The notes beneath the pieces were generated by a model, which saw only the letters and a list, made by a program, of their open reading frames with translations, was not told the DNA's origin and ran no database searches. 64,000 bases of DNA from Octopus bimaculoides (taxonomy: Eukaryota): NCBI RefSeq assembly GCF_001194135.2, contig NC_068985.1, forward strand, positions 119,224,310 through 119,288,309, read 5' to 3'. This document shows positions 50,931 through 63,150 of the stretch, one piece after another (within the stretch, counting starts at the first letter, position 1; the number at the start of each line of letters is the position of its first letter). The position numbers and the translations under genes were made by a program.

Positions 50931-52224
50931 ATTTTAAAATGGTTTTTGTTTTAATTGTTTTAAAATCGTGATGTCCTTAATTATTGGTGTAGATCCTGTA
51001 ATTTTTTTTTTTTTTGTANNNNNNNNNNNNNNNNNNNNNNNNNNNNNNNNNNNNNNNNNNNNNNNNNNNNNNNNNNNNNNNNNNNNNNNNNNNNNNNNNN
51101 NNNNNNNNNNNNNNNNNNNNNNNNNNNNNNNNNNNNNNNNNNNNNNNNNNNNNNNNNNNNNNNNNNNNNNNNNNNNNNNNNNNNNNNNNNNNNNNNNNNN
51201 NNNNNNNNNNNNNNNNNNNNNNNNNNNNNNNNNNNNNNNNNNNNNNNNNNNNNNNNNNNNNNNNNNNNNNNNNNNNNNNNNNNNNNNNNNNNNNNNNNNN
51301 NNNNNNNNNNNNNNNNNNNNNNNNNNNNNNNNNNNNNNNNNNNNNNNNNNNNNNNNNNNNNNNNNNNNNNNNNNNNNNNNNNNNNNNNNNNNNNNNNNNN
51401 NNNNNNNNNNNNNNNNNNNNNNNNNNNNNNNNNNNNNNNNNNNNNNNNNNNNNNNNNNNNNNNNNNNNNNNNNNNNNNNNNNNNNNNNNNNNNCCTTCTC
51501 TCCCTTCCCTCTCTCTCTCTCTCTCTCTCTCCACCCCTTCTCTCTCCCTACCCCTTCTCTCTCTCTTCCCCTATCCCCCCCTCTCTCCCCTCTCCACTAT
51601 ATCCTGGGGGTGATCCTAATCTTGTGAGATAAATTTATTAGAATTTGTATAGCCTATTAGATCAGTGGTGCTGATAGTTTTACCCTTTCTTGTCTTAATT
51701 ACTGAAACAAATTGTCAACGCAATGTTGCTGAAAAGATTATTGTGTGTAGCTATAAATACATATTTCTTGACTCGGTGCTTCCCTAACACCAGAAAGCTG
51801 GTTATGTCAGCTAATTTGTTTGTATCCTAAACTGTTATCTAATACAGATTATTTACTAAAGCATAAAGAATTTTTTGCTCACAGCATTCAGTACATCATC
51901 CCTTGACTTATGCAGTGGCTGCTGCTATCTTTTATCTGTTGTTTAAATCATTGGACTGTGGCCCTTGCCTTCAAGGGCTTTTCATCTAACAAATTGAACC
52001 CAGCACTTTTTCCAAAGTTTGGTACTTCTGTCAGTCTCTTTTGCTGAACCACTAAGTTATGGGGACATTAACTAAAACCAGTTGTGAAGCATGCTCTCAT
52101 ACCCACACATGAGATTTCAATTTCTGTTTACCAAATCCACTCGCAAGGCTTTGGTCAGCCCAGAGCTGTAGTGGAAGAAACTTTCCCCCAGGCAGCTCCC
52201 ATGTGTTTGATAAGCAAGTTTCTT

Positions 52225-52380
52225 ATTTCTTTACTGTCCACAAGGGGCTACACACAGAGGGGACAAACAAGGACAGACAAAGTCGATATGATCGACCCCA
52301 GTGCGTAACTGGTACTTATTTAATCGACCCCGAAAGGATGAAAGGCAAAGTCGACCTCGGCGGAATTTGAACTCAGCTGC
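52225..52380 (-). mobile_element. SINE family B variant fragment
   Basis: ATCGACCCCGAAAGGATGAAAGGCAAAGTCGACCTCGGCGGAATTTGAACTC, plus AAGGGGCTACACACAGAGGGGAC shared with 39250. Confidence 0.8.
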
Positions 52381-53799
52381 ATTTTGTTGTGAATAGGAGC
52401 ATCATAATTTATAGGTTACCCAGGTTCAGTCCCACTGCGTATTATCACTTTGGGCATGTGTCTTCTTCTACTTCTGAGACTCTGGACTAACAGAATGGAT
52501 TTGGTAAACAGTAACTGAAAGAAGTCAAAATAAACACGCGTGTTATTGATTTGGAAAGTAAATTATAAACAGATTATATCATAATGAAGCAAGGACAGAA
52601 TTAAAGATAAGCGGGTTTTCATTTAATTATATATAGGACCTTATTTACTAATGAGATCATTTCAAAGACAGCATAGATGTAATTTAAAGATTTAGCTGTT
52701 ATTTCTAGCTGGTCTTGTGGAGCGACCACATAGCAGCCATTTTTGTTGTATTAATTTGAAGCTGTTTAATGATGTTAACTCTATGTACTTAACTACTACT
52801 AGCATTATCCTTAATATCTGTGCTTAATTATAAGCAGTAAATAATATTCTCCCCACCTCACTGCATTTCACTCTTGAGCTTTCAGAAGCTTCAAAGTTAT
52901 GTCTGACATTTCTCTTACATCACCATCTGTTCCCCTACCCTCTCATGCTTTTTGTATTGGGGAGCCTTTGATGTTGTTTATATTCTTTTAATCATAGTTG
53001 CAAGTTAGTTTGATTGTACAAGTCAATGTATGATTAAAGACATTTCTAGCTGTTTGTCCTATCCCCACTATTTTTCTTTCATGCTTGCTTGAGTGGTTAA
53101 CTTAACATTGCAATCAAGTAGTTTCAGGTTCAATCCCATTGTACGCCATCATGGACAATTGCTTTCTACTATAGCCTGAAACTGTAAAATAACACTTTGT
53201 GTGTAAAATTTGCATGTTCTAGTGTTTGTCTGTACTTTTTGCAATAAATCGATAAAAAAAAAAAAATTTGAAGAAAAGGAGACTAACTATTAAGGACAGT
53301 ATGATTGCCTGAAACCCTTTAAAGGCGATGTTCCAGTATGGTTACAATTCAGGGAAACTGGTAAAAAAAATAGTATTTTCAAAATTGTAGTTCTGTTTGA
53401 TTTGAAGCAGATTTAGCTGCTATTTCTAGCAGTCCAATATCTTTACTATTCAAGCACATAACTTTAATTGAAGTCATCATTTTTCATTCACTTTTCATCC
53501 TGGTATGGGTTGGATGTTTGACAAGATCCAACAAATCAGGATATCTTGCTCTTGTATCTTTTGTTTCAATATCCTTTCNNNNNNNNNNCGACGACTAGGA
53601 CTGAAAAGCATGTCTTACTGTCAGTAAAACTAAGAAGTCCTTGTAACTCTGTGTTGTCTCTACTTGATTTACCAACCACTTTAAAGAGTGTGCTTTTTAT
53701 CTTTCCAGTATTGATGAGGTCACCTTATGACTTGAGAAGCAAAATTCACTACTGGAAGACGGAATAAAAGAGAGGGGGGGGGGAATTATAACTTTAGGT

Positions 53800-54698
53800 G
53801 GATCTAGTTCAAAACGGGGGCACCAGTATTTTCTTAACGAAACACTAACGAAACACTATGAAACTTGGGACACTGGTAGAATGTGTCATATAAAACNNNN
53901 NNNNNNNNNNNNNNNNNNNNNNNNNNNNNNNNNNNNNNNNNNNNNNNNNNNNNNNNNNNNNNNNNNNNNNNNNNNNNNNNNNNNNNNNNNNNNNNNNNNN
54001 NNNNNNNNNNNNNNNNNNNNNNNNNNNNNNNNNNNNNNNNNNNNNNNNNNNNNNNNNNNNNNNNNNNNNNNNNNNNNNNNNNNNNNNNNNNNNNNNNNNN
54101 NNNNNNNNNNNNNNNNNNNNNNNNNNNNNNNNNNNNNNNNNNNNNNNNNNNNNNNNNNNNNNNNNNNNNNNNNNNNNNNNNNNNNNNNNNNNNNNNNNNN
54201 NNNNNNNNNNNNNNNNNNNNNNNNNNNNNNNNNNNNNNNNNNNNNNNNNNNNNNNNNNNNNNNNNNNNNNNNNNNNNNNNNNNNNNNNNNNNNNNNNNNN
54301 NNNNNNNNNNNNNNNNNNNNNNNNNNNNNNNNNNNNNNNNNNNNNNNNNNNNNNNNNNNNNNNNNNNNNNNNNNNNNNNNNNNNNNNNNNNNNNNNNNNN
54401 NNNNNNNNNNNNNNNNNNNNNNNNNNNNNNNNNNNNNNNNNNNNNNNNNNNNNNNNNNNNNNNNNNNNNNNNNNNNNNNNNNNNNNNNNNNNNNNNNNNN
54501 NNNNNNNNNNNNNNNNNNNNNNNNNNNNNNNNNNNNNNNNNNNNNNNNNNNNNNNNNNNNNNNNNNNNNNNNNNNNNNNNNNNNNNNNNNNNNNNNNNNN
54601 NNNNNNNNNNNNNNNNNNNNNNNNNNNNNNNNNNNNNNNNNNNNNNNNNNNNNNNNNNNNNNNAATGAAAACTGGTGCCCCCGTTTTGAAATAGATCC
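53800..54698. mobile_element. Second Merlin-type MITE (interior in gap) with perfect 8-bp TSD
   Basis: TSD CTTTAGGT at 53792-53799 and 54699-54706; TIR GGATCTA(G/T)TTCAAAACGGGGGCACCAGT (27 of 28 match); subterminal TTTTCTTAACGAAACACT..AAACTTGGGACACTGGTAGAATGTGTCATA shared with the 36303 copy. Confidence 0.9.
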
Positions 54699-55259
54699 CT
54701 TTAGGTATGGTGGGATGAGTGACTTTATTGTGAGAAAGTAAATGAGAAGGTACCAGAGCATATTCTCAAAGTAACATGTCCAAGGTAAAGTGTGCTGACT
54801 GAATACTCTGGAAGAGTGAGTGAAAATTACAAGAGGGCTATTCATCCCCTCCCTATCCAGGTATCATGATTTGTAGTTTAAAAAAAAAAAAAAAAAGTTG
54901 CCTTCTTGAGTCCTGTTGACTCTCCTCACCTGGATGGGATGCTGGTCTATCACAGGATTACTTATTTTTGCCAGCTGAGTGGACAGGAGCAATTGAAATG
55001 AAGTGTTTTGCTCAAGAACACAATGTATCACCTTTTCCAAGAATCAAAACCACACTCTTACAATCACGGGTCCTCACCACTAAGCCATGCGCCTCCACTC
55101 CTGATTTGGAAGGACAAAGGGAGAAATAGTAAGTGGTGGGAGTAGGTCAGTTCAGAATGCAATAGGTAAAAATGGAGAGAAGAGATGGTAGGGAAGCTTG
55201 AGGGTGTAGAATAAGCAATAGGCAGTGTCATGGGGGTACATTGTAGGCATTTCAACTAG

Positions 55260-55720
55260 TTTCTACAGTAGGTTCTGTCTTCTGCAACACTCATCAACCA
55301 ACATAGTCCTAGGTCATCTGTTTGGAGATTATTTTTTACCACCTCGTCTTGAGTCTTCCTTCATCTCCTTCATCCACAGATACCATTCGCTTTGAGCTCT
55401 TGTTATCCTCCATTTGCATCACATGCAATTTCCTCTCTTGCATACTACAGATGATTCCTCTTATACTTGGTTTTTCTTTTAGTTTATTTATACTTCATCA
55501 TTCATGCTCACTGACATGGTACATCTCATCTCATTTCTTGCTAGCTTTTCCAGTCAAGGAATTCATGGCCCATGTCTTGTTGCCTTGCAGTAGTGTACTT
55601 TGCCCATGCTATCAGCAAGATATTAGATGTGGCTATCATATCATTAGGAAGTGGTACTTTTTAATTTCTTTCTTGGCTCTTTGGAAAATGCTTCTGAAAT
55701 GTCTTCCACATTTCACTGGA
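55260..55720 (-). mobile_element. RTE-like LINE 3' remnant
   Basis: Minus strand HVMQMEDNKSSKRMV..GRLKTRW resembles the GHVMRM..RGRPKTRW C-terminus of RTE ORF2. Confidence 0.45.
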
Positions 55721-56079
55721 AACTGAATTTAATCTCATCATGAGACCTTCAACAATAAGAGCAACAAAAGCAAACTTGTAAGGGAGTTTTTATGGTGGCC
55801 TCTTATTTTTATTGTATAACTTTTGAAATCTATTTCTCTTTCTGCTCCACTCCCACTCAGCATGTTGTCTGAACATGTTTTAAGATGGGGGACATCATCA
55901 TCATCATCCTCTTTTACATCCATTCTGCCTTGCTGACATAAATAAGAAACTTCTTGAGGCAGATATATTCTATGGTAAGATGATCATCCTACTGTCGACT
56001 CTAGCTATTTTTCTAAGATATTTTTATTCCACTGGTCTTCACACATCAAAAGCTATGAAGTTGTTGAAACTACAAGTTT

Positions 56080-56471
56080 TGTTACTCTTTTACTTGTTTC
56101 AATCATTTGACTGTGGCCATGCTGGAGCACCGCCTTTAGTCGAGCAAATCGACCCCAGGTCTTATTCTTTGTAAGCCTAGTACTTATTTCATTGGTCTCT
56201 TTTGCTGAACCGCTAAGTTACGGGGACGTAAACACACTAACATCGGTTATCAAAGTGATGGTGGGGGACTAACTCAAACACACACACATACATATATATA
56301 CATATATACAACAGGCTTCTTTCAGTTTCCGTCTACCAAATCCACTCACAAGGCTTTGGTCGGCCCGAGGCTAAAGTACAAGACACTTGCCCAAGGTGCC
56401 ACGCAGTGGGACTGAACCCGGAACCATGTGGTTGGTAAGCAAGCTACTTACCACACAGCCACTCCTGCGCC
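56080..56471 (-). mobile_element. SINE family A, full length, young
   Basis: Complete head (GGCGCAGGAGTGGCTGTGTGG, B-box), body, internal (TG/TA)n and 3' tail. More decayed copies lie at 28070, 41560, 45490, 52000, 52420, 56570, 57330, 59240, 62100 and 63545. Confidence 0.93.
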
Positions 56472-57959
56472 TAGTGGAGAATGCAAACAAAGATATCATT
56501 CTTTTGCTCAGATGGTATTAATGAGGACATATGCAAATGACATTAACTCACTTGCTCATTTGCTTGTCTTCTCAGTTTCTGGATACCAGTTCCACTCACA
56601 AAGCATTGGTCAGCCTAAGTCTGTAGTGGAAGATATTTAAAGTACCACACAGTGGGGCTGAACCCAGAACCATGTGGTAGTTAAGCAAACTTCATAACCA
56701 CATGACCATGTCTTTACCGAGTCATGCTTACACCTGAGTTTAGGACACCATATCCTGCTTCAGTGTCTGTTCTTGTACTGTAGGTCTGCTAAAGCAAAAG
56801 GGACAAAGACTTGTTTTAATACTATAGGCTTATTGAACCAGAGGTGATATTGGAGAAAGGCTATATGTTTTCAGTAACATCTACAGTATCATGCTAATTA
56901 AGTTTCAGCTCTCTCTCACTCTCACTCTCTCTCTACCTCTCTCTCTCTCTCTACTAAAAATAGAAATCAAATTTCTCTAACAAGATCTTACCAGCTTAAA
57001 AGCAAAACAAAAAAACTAAAAAAAACTGAATAAATGTAGTTTTTTGTTTAATGTCTGTTTTTGCATACTAACATGGCTTAGACAGGAAGAAATTAAGGTA
57101 GGGTTTTTATGACAAGATGCTTTTGTTGTTATCAATCCTTACCTGTTTGTCAAGTTAGGGATTTTTTTTAGTTCTAGCAAAATTCAAAAGTACAGTGCTG
57201 GCAGACAATTTGTTGACAGAAAATATCAATCTAACATAATTGCTTGAGTTTAACCACAAACAATGGTGTCACCATGTGTAACCAAAGCTCAGTGTACTTT
57301 TGCAAAATTCATACACATCTGTGCATGTGTGTATGCATACATATTTACAAAGACATACTTAATGGGCTTCTTTCAGTTTCTATTTCAAAGACATTTCTAG
57401 TCTCAGGCATATTGAGCAGAAAACACTTGCCCAATATGCTGCACAGTGAGACTGAACCCAAAACTATATGGTTGAAAAGTGAAGTTCTAAAACACATAGC
57501 CATGCCTGGTTGCATTTTCTGAAAATAAGATGGAATGGTCATGGTTAGAATGGTTTTATCAAAGATTTTCCTATTCTGGGTTGATAATCTCTACAACAAT
57601 GCTATTGAAATAGAAATGATTTCCAGTAACCCCTTGACTACCAAGGGTGATATGTTCAAAAATCTCCTGTGATAAGTGAAAATCCACACAAAGTAGAAAC
57701 AGTACTGTATATTTTTTTCATTATTTTTATAATTTGTATATATTTATTTTATTATAAATGCGAAACAACACCACAGATGAAGTGATGTAAGCTTAAATAA
57801 TAAACTGCGATAGATGAACCGCAATATGGTAAGGGATTACTGTATTGTGAGGACTGTTTTTCCTAAATGTTATTTTTCAAGCATTGAAACATGGATGTAA
57901 AAACAAAAATCAGTTGAAATAAGAAAGACATTAAAGCAATTCTTTATATCTTTTAACAG

Positions 57960-58069
57960 GGCTATTCCAGAGTTCAAGGAATGTACCAGACCTATGTATA
58001 CTTCCTGTTATTTTGATAAAGTTGATGTGTATGGTGTCTTTGATTACATGTGTGGCCCAGGACGTGGAG
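57960..58069 (+). CDS. Internal exon (phase 2 to 1) of a Cys-rich secreted protein: AIPEFKECTRPMYTSCYFDKVDVYGVFDYMCGPGRG
   Basis: Acceptor TTCTTTATATCTTTTAACAG|, donor GAG|GTAATT, 110 nt, open frame continuous with the next two exons. Confidence 0.85.
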
Positions 58070-59579
58070 GTAATTAGTTGCTGTTTTGCTTTCAATAATT
58101 GACAAAATGTTTTTGCTGATTTTAGATTCATTTCTTTTTGCCGCTTGATCAGAGAAGGTGGGGCAGCATTAGTAGCTTATGTGCAGGGTCTCTGAGACTA
58201 GTCAAAGTAACTTAAGATTATCTTATTTTCAGATGGTAAACTGGTCTGAATGTTTATAATTGTTTGTAGTCTCCTGCAGTCACTGAAGGAGATTGTTAAA
58301 CCTGGCTATTTAGTCTGGATGCTTACAACAGATGAGGAGTTATGTGAGTTCCTAGATGGATGCCCCATGGGGCATTTGGCACTCCGTGTTCAAAATCATG
58401 TTGAGGCCAAGTATGCTTTCATCCTTTTGTAGTCAGTGTAAAAGAAAAAAAAAACCCAGAGCAGTGTATTAGTGGAACTGTAACAATGTTGGACCAGATA
58501 CCTTGTGGTATTTGTTTTGGCTCTTTGTGTTCTGAGTTCAAATCCCATCATGCCCTGCTTGGTTGTTAAATGGATCTTTGTTGGTTTCAGTGATGATTAT
58601 TTGGTTGTTTGAACAACTGAATTAGCTGCTTATTAAAATAGCTCCTCTTGGGAATTGCATACAGTTTAGTCTTTGAAGAAGCCAACAAGTGACTGGTGGG
58701 CAACTCAAGAGGATGTGCAAGAAAAATTAGGAAAACATTAAGTGCAGATTCACAAGGAAATGTGCCCTATGTGAACCATTAATAGATTGACTACAAGTGT
58801 GAAAACCACCAGCAGTACCTGGCCACTTTAAGATCTGAACATTGAGTACCTGGATACAGAGTATAAGAAGGCTGAGGGTAGTCATGGTTTAGGATGGGAT
58901 GCTCTGATCAAATTCAAATGGTAGTTCTTCATCCTCACCTACGTGTGAATAGATTGCCTTCATTGTGTTCATTTGTCTTTTAATCCATTTTTCATTCTGG
59001 TATAGGTTGGATTAGGCTCTATTTTGGGGCAGTGTTTTACAGTTAAATGCCCTTCCTATTAATAATCATTATTTTTTGAGCAAGTTTTTTTTTTTTCAAA
59101 TTTTGTTGCTCTTTGAAAACTGAGTACCAGTATATATTATTACCTGCAGGAAATGATAAACATGGCATCACTCTCTTTGCTCAAATGTAACATGCAGATA
59201 TAGGTACTAATGTGCATACAACACCCTGGCCCCATGATAGACTACTATATGGTTTCCATCAAATCAATAATTCCATTTACAAGGCTTTGACCAATCTGAG
59301 GCCAGTAGACACTTGACCAAGATGTCACATATTGGAATAGAACCTAAAACGTGGTTAGAAAGCATACTTCATATCTATACAGTCGTGTGTGTCCGTGTGT
59401 CCATTTACTTGTGTAACTTAAAATATGCTTCAACACATGAATTCACATAAAGAATCTTGCAAATCAAATACAAAAACGAAATCGTAATACAGGGTTGTCC
59501 ATAAATTACCATTACAATTTGAAGAATTCAGAAAAAGATGAAAAATAAGGATAGCTTAGAGTTTATTGGAAAAGCATAT

Positions 59580-59800
59580 ACAAGGCAGTGCTGAAAATTT
59601 CCTGGCTTTGGGTAATAAAAAAAAAAAAAAAATTCAGGCGGATGAGTTATGATTTTATTCAACATGTTCCCCTCTCAGATTCACACATTTGCAGTGGTCC
59701 TTCAATTATTCTAAGCCCTGTAAAAGAAGTCAGACAGCCAAGCCTCCAACCAGGTCTTTCATGCTAGCCTTTAAGCCAGGAACTTTTCATTACTCCCTCA
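59580..59800. mobile_element. mariner-derived MITE
   Basis: Imperfect TIRs GCTGAAAATTTCCTGGCTT and AAGCCAGGAACTTTTCA. Confidence 0.6.
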
Positions 59801-60270
59801 TATATATAATATATATATACATACATATATATGAAAACTTTAATATTTAACCTGCAAAGGAATTGATTGAGAGATCTCAACTTCAATAGATACAATAAAT
59901 TATGGAAGTTGTAAAGATAGTTTATGGATACCTTGCTGCATGCCTCATTTATAGCCCTGTATGTTTACTATTTGTGATATGTATGTATTAATGGGCCTTA
60001 TTGGCAAAATAAATGAAAGAATTAATCTATTGGTAAAAATCATTAAAGCACTGGACAAAATGCTTTGTGGTGTTTAGTTATCACCCTCTACTTCTGAGTT
60101 CAACTTCCAAGATTAATTTTGCTCTTCGTCCTTCCAGGGTCAATTAACAAGTACCAGTCATGTGCTGGGGTTGATTTGACTGTTCCCTCCTCCGTTTGAT
60201 GCCATGTGCCTATATTGAAAAGTATAAGGGCAGTTGATTGGCAGAGATGCTAGTGTCAGAATACTTTATA

Positions 60271-60507
60271 CAGAGTGTTCAAAAAAGTCTCTCTGCAGTG
60301 AATTTTTTTTCTCCAAGATGTATTTCAAAACATGTGTAGAAGAGTCAGCTTATGTATTGAAAATGGACGACACTTTCAACAATACCTCTTATAAAGTTTT
60401 CTAAAGTCTTGTAAAGTCTAATATATTCTTTTGTAGTCTTATATCATCTTATAAATATTTATTTTGCAATAAAACACTTACTGTGGAGAGACTTTTTGAA
60501 CACCCTA
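60271..60507. mobile_element. Tc1-like MITE with TA TSD
   Basis: TIR CAGAGTGTTCAAAAAAGTCTCTC / GAGAGACTTTTTGAACACCCTA, flanked by TA. Confidence 0.8.
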
Positions 60508-60641
60508 TATTTGTAGCAGCCCTTTACATTCTGAGTTCAGGTCCTACTAACCTTAACTTTGCTTTTCACCCTTATAAAGATGAGGTGGGGAGCAGGGCCA
60601 ATAAAATATCAGTCAAGTACTGGGATGAGTGTAATCAACTG

Positions 60642-60674
<33 letters not shown>

Positions 60675-61157
60675 GCACCCTGAATTTATGGCTTTGTATC
60701 TGTTAGAAACCTTTATTATTATTGGTGGTGGTGGTGGTGGGGGAATAACAGATTGTTGGATATTGGATTTAATGTATTTCTGTTTAGTTCTTTGCCACTA
60801 TGATTTAACCCTTTTGTTACCTTGTTTCAGTTGAAATATTCTGTTTAACTTTAAATTAAAAAAGAAAATTAAGACTATAGTAAAATAACTTGTCCTTATT
60901 AAGCTGATGTTTCAAAATATAAATTAACAGAACATTTTGATGTAGGGTTTGTACCATAGAACCAAGAGTGGTCTTGGTGCAGGTTGGTATCGAAATGGTT
61001 AATCTCAATTTCTTCAGGATTTGGCTTTATCATCTCTCCAGGGTCAATAGATTAAAATACATGAGTAAGCAGGGCATCTTTTGAAACTAATTCAACTGCA
61101 GTCTTTATCCTTTTGCCAGTGTAAGAAATCATTTTGTTTTATAATTTTTGTCTTCAG

Positions 61158-61275
61158 AGTTCTTGGAATATTCACAATGTTTCAACGATACCAACTATCT
61201 CAAAAAGTCAAAGACATGCAACCAGAAAATGAAATCTCAGCGCTTACATATACATAATATTGAAGACGTTTGTGA
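61158..61275 (+). CDS. Internal exon (phase 1 to 2): EFLEYSQCFNDTNYLKKSKTCNQKMKSQRLHIHNIEDVC
   Basis: Acceptor TTTTTGTCTTCAG|, donor GA|GTAAGT, 118 nt, open frame; N-glycosylation sequon NDT. Confidence 0.88.
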
Positions 61276-62334
61276 GTAAGTATAATTTGATTATAGGCTA
61301 GTTTTAATTGACCTTTTATTTTTGTGTGTGTGTGTGTGGAGGGGGGGGGGGGGGATTTTTAAATTTTTTTTTTTTGTTCAAGTGGCTGTCAAGATCAGCT
61401 ACTAAGGAGGTATGATATAGAGATCTTTCATTTTTCTTAGTTGCCACATGTTGTTGCTCTTAGGAGCACATTTAAAATGCTCTCCTGATATATTTGATGG
61501 CGTATAAGATGCACAGGCATATTAGATGCATTCCAATTTTAGCTGCGCATATTCAAGAAAATAAGATTTTTATGCATTAAAGCTTATGGGAGGCCAGACT
61601 TTGCATAGCACTTTTAGGTGGGGGGGAAAAAGCGTATCTTGTATCCCATCAAATAGAAAAGTTTTATGTGATAACCAATCATATACAATTGCAAACATTG
61701 ATCTAAGCACTTATTTACATCTTTTATGTGATTTTAAAAATTTTCTTGGTTTTGATAGAATCCAATGAAATGTTTTGAATGAAATTTAAAGATGTTTTAT
61801 AATGTAAAAGTTTGATGTTAACAGAAATATGAAAGCATTGCTACAGCGTGTATGGCTACCAAAATATTGGTTAATGCTATATAATTTCTCAATTTTCATC
61901 ATCCTAGTTTTAACACCAATTTATCCATGTTTGCATGGGTTAGACAGTTGATTGGGAGATATTTTCTACAGCTGGATGCCCTTCTTGTTGCTCACACTTA
62001 GCTGTTTCCAAGCATGGTAATATTTACCTGTGGCTAAACATGTTTTTGCAAGATATTGGGGATGAATGTCAGTTTGTATATCAATGATATTCACTTAGTG
62101 CTACCATGTGGTGTCAAGACAAGAAGACACACACACACATTTCTGTTTATCTAACCCAGTCACAAGTAATTGTTCATGCAAGGAAACACTAGCACTCACG
62201 CTTTTCAGTTTTTGTCTACCAAGTCTATTCATAAAGCTCTGGCAGAAGTCCCCTGCCCAAAGTACCTCATAGTGGGACTGCACCTGAAACAGTGGTTGAC
62301 AATGGTCTAATATCGAGAATGAATTATATTATAT

Positions 62335-63150
62335 ACAAGGTGGTATCAAAAGATTCTCGGATTAGTTATGTAAAATAACTTTACCTAACCATTTCCTTCG
62401 AAATAGTCACCTCATGCAGCAATACACAGATCCCAGCATTCCTGCCACTTTTGGAATCTGGTCTGGAAGTCGTTTTCCATAAACAAGTTGAGGACCTTCT
62501 GTGATTTACTCTGGATCTCGACAACAGTGTTAAAACAGCCACCTTTTGAACTGTCTTTTCATTTTGACGAAAAGATGGAAGTCTTCAGGTGCTAAATCTT
62601 GCGAATAGGGTGGGTGCGGAAGTGAAACCATATTTTAGGCAAGAAAGTTATGAGCGAGGAGAGCTCAGTGAAGAATCCGATTCTTCGTGCTCCACAGATC
62701 CGGTGGCTTTCATTGAATGTCCTCCCTCAAAAGCTTTGGCCATGACATGAATTCTCAATGCACAGTACCACATTTCCAAGGGTGATGCTTGTGGCAGGTC
62801 TTCCAGATCATTTATCTTCGAGATGTGCTTCCACTTTTGAAACGTCTGTGCGTACAATGACCCATTGCCTTGTGACTGTAAGCTTGCCAAAGCATGCCCA
62901 ATGTCTCTGTAGCAGACTTCCATAGTTTAATGCAAAATTTCATGTTTGCTCTTTGTTTCAACTTCCTGTCCATGACAAAAGTTGCAGACTACAACATATG
63001 CATGATCACAAAAACACAAATTTCACAACTTGCAAAGTAAACATAGTGATGTCACTCAGTACACTGCCTCATAAAGATCACTGCTAGCTCTCACTGCACA
63101 TGCATCCATGTGCTGGCATCTGTTGGTGCACTACAGAACTAGATGGAGAA
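62335..63150 (-). mobile_element. Internally deleted mariner relic
   Basis: C-terminal KGGCFNTVVEIQSKSQKVL..DFQTRFQKWQECWDLCIAA*GDYFEG; SGRPATS in the HTH region. Confidence 0.8.
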
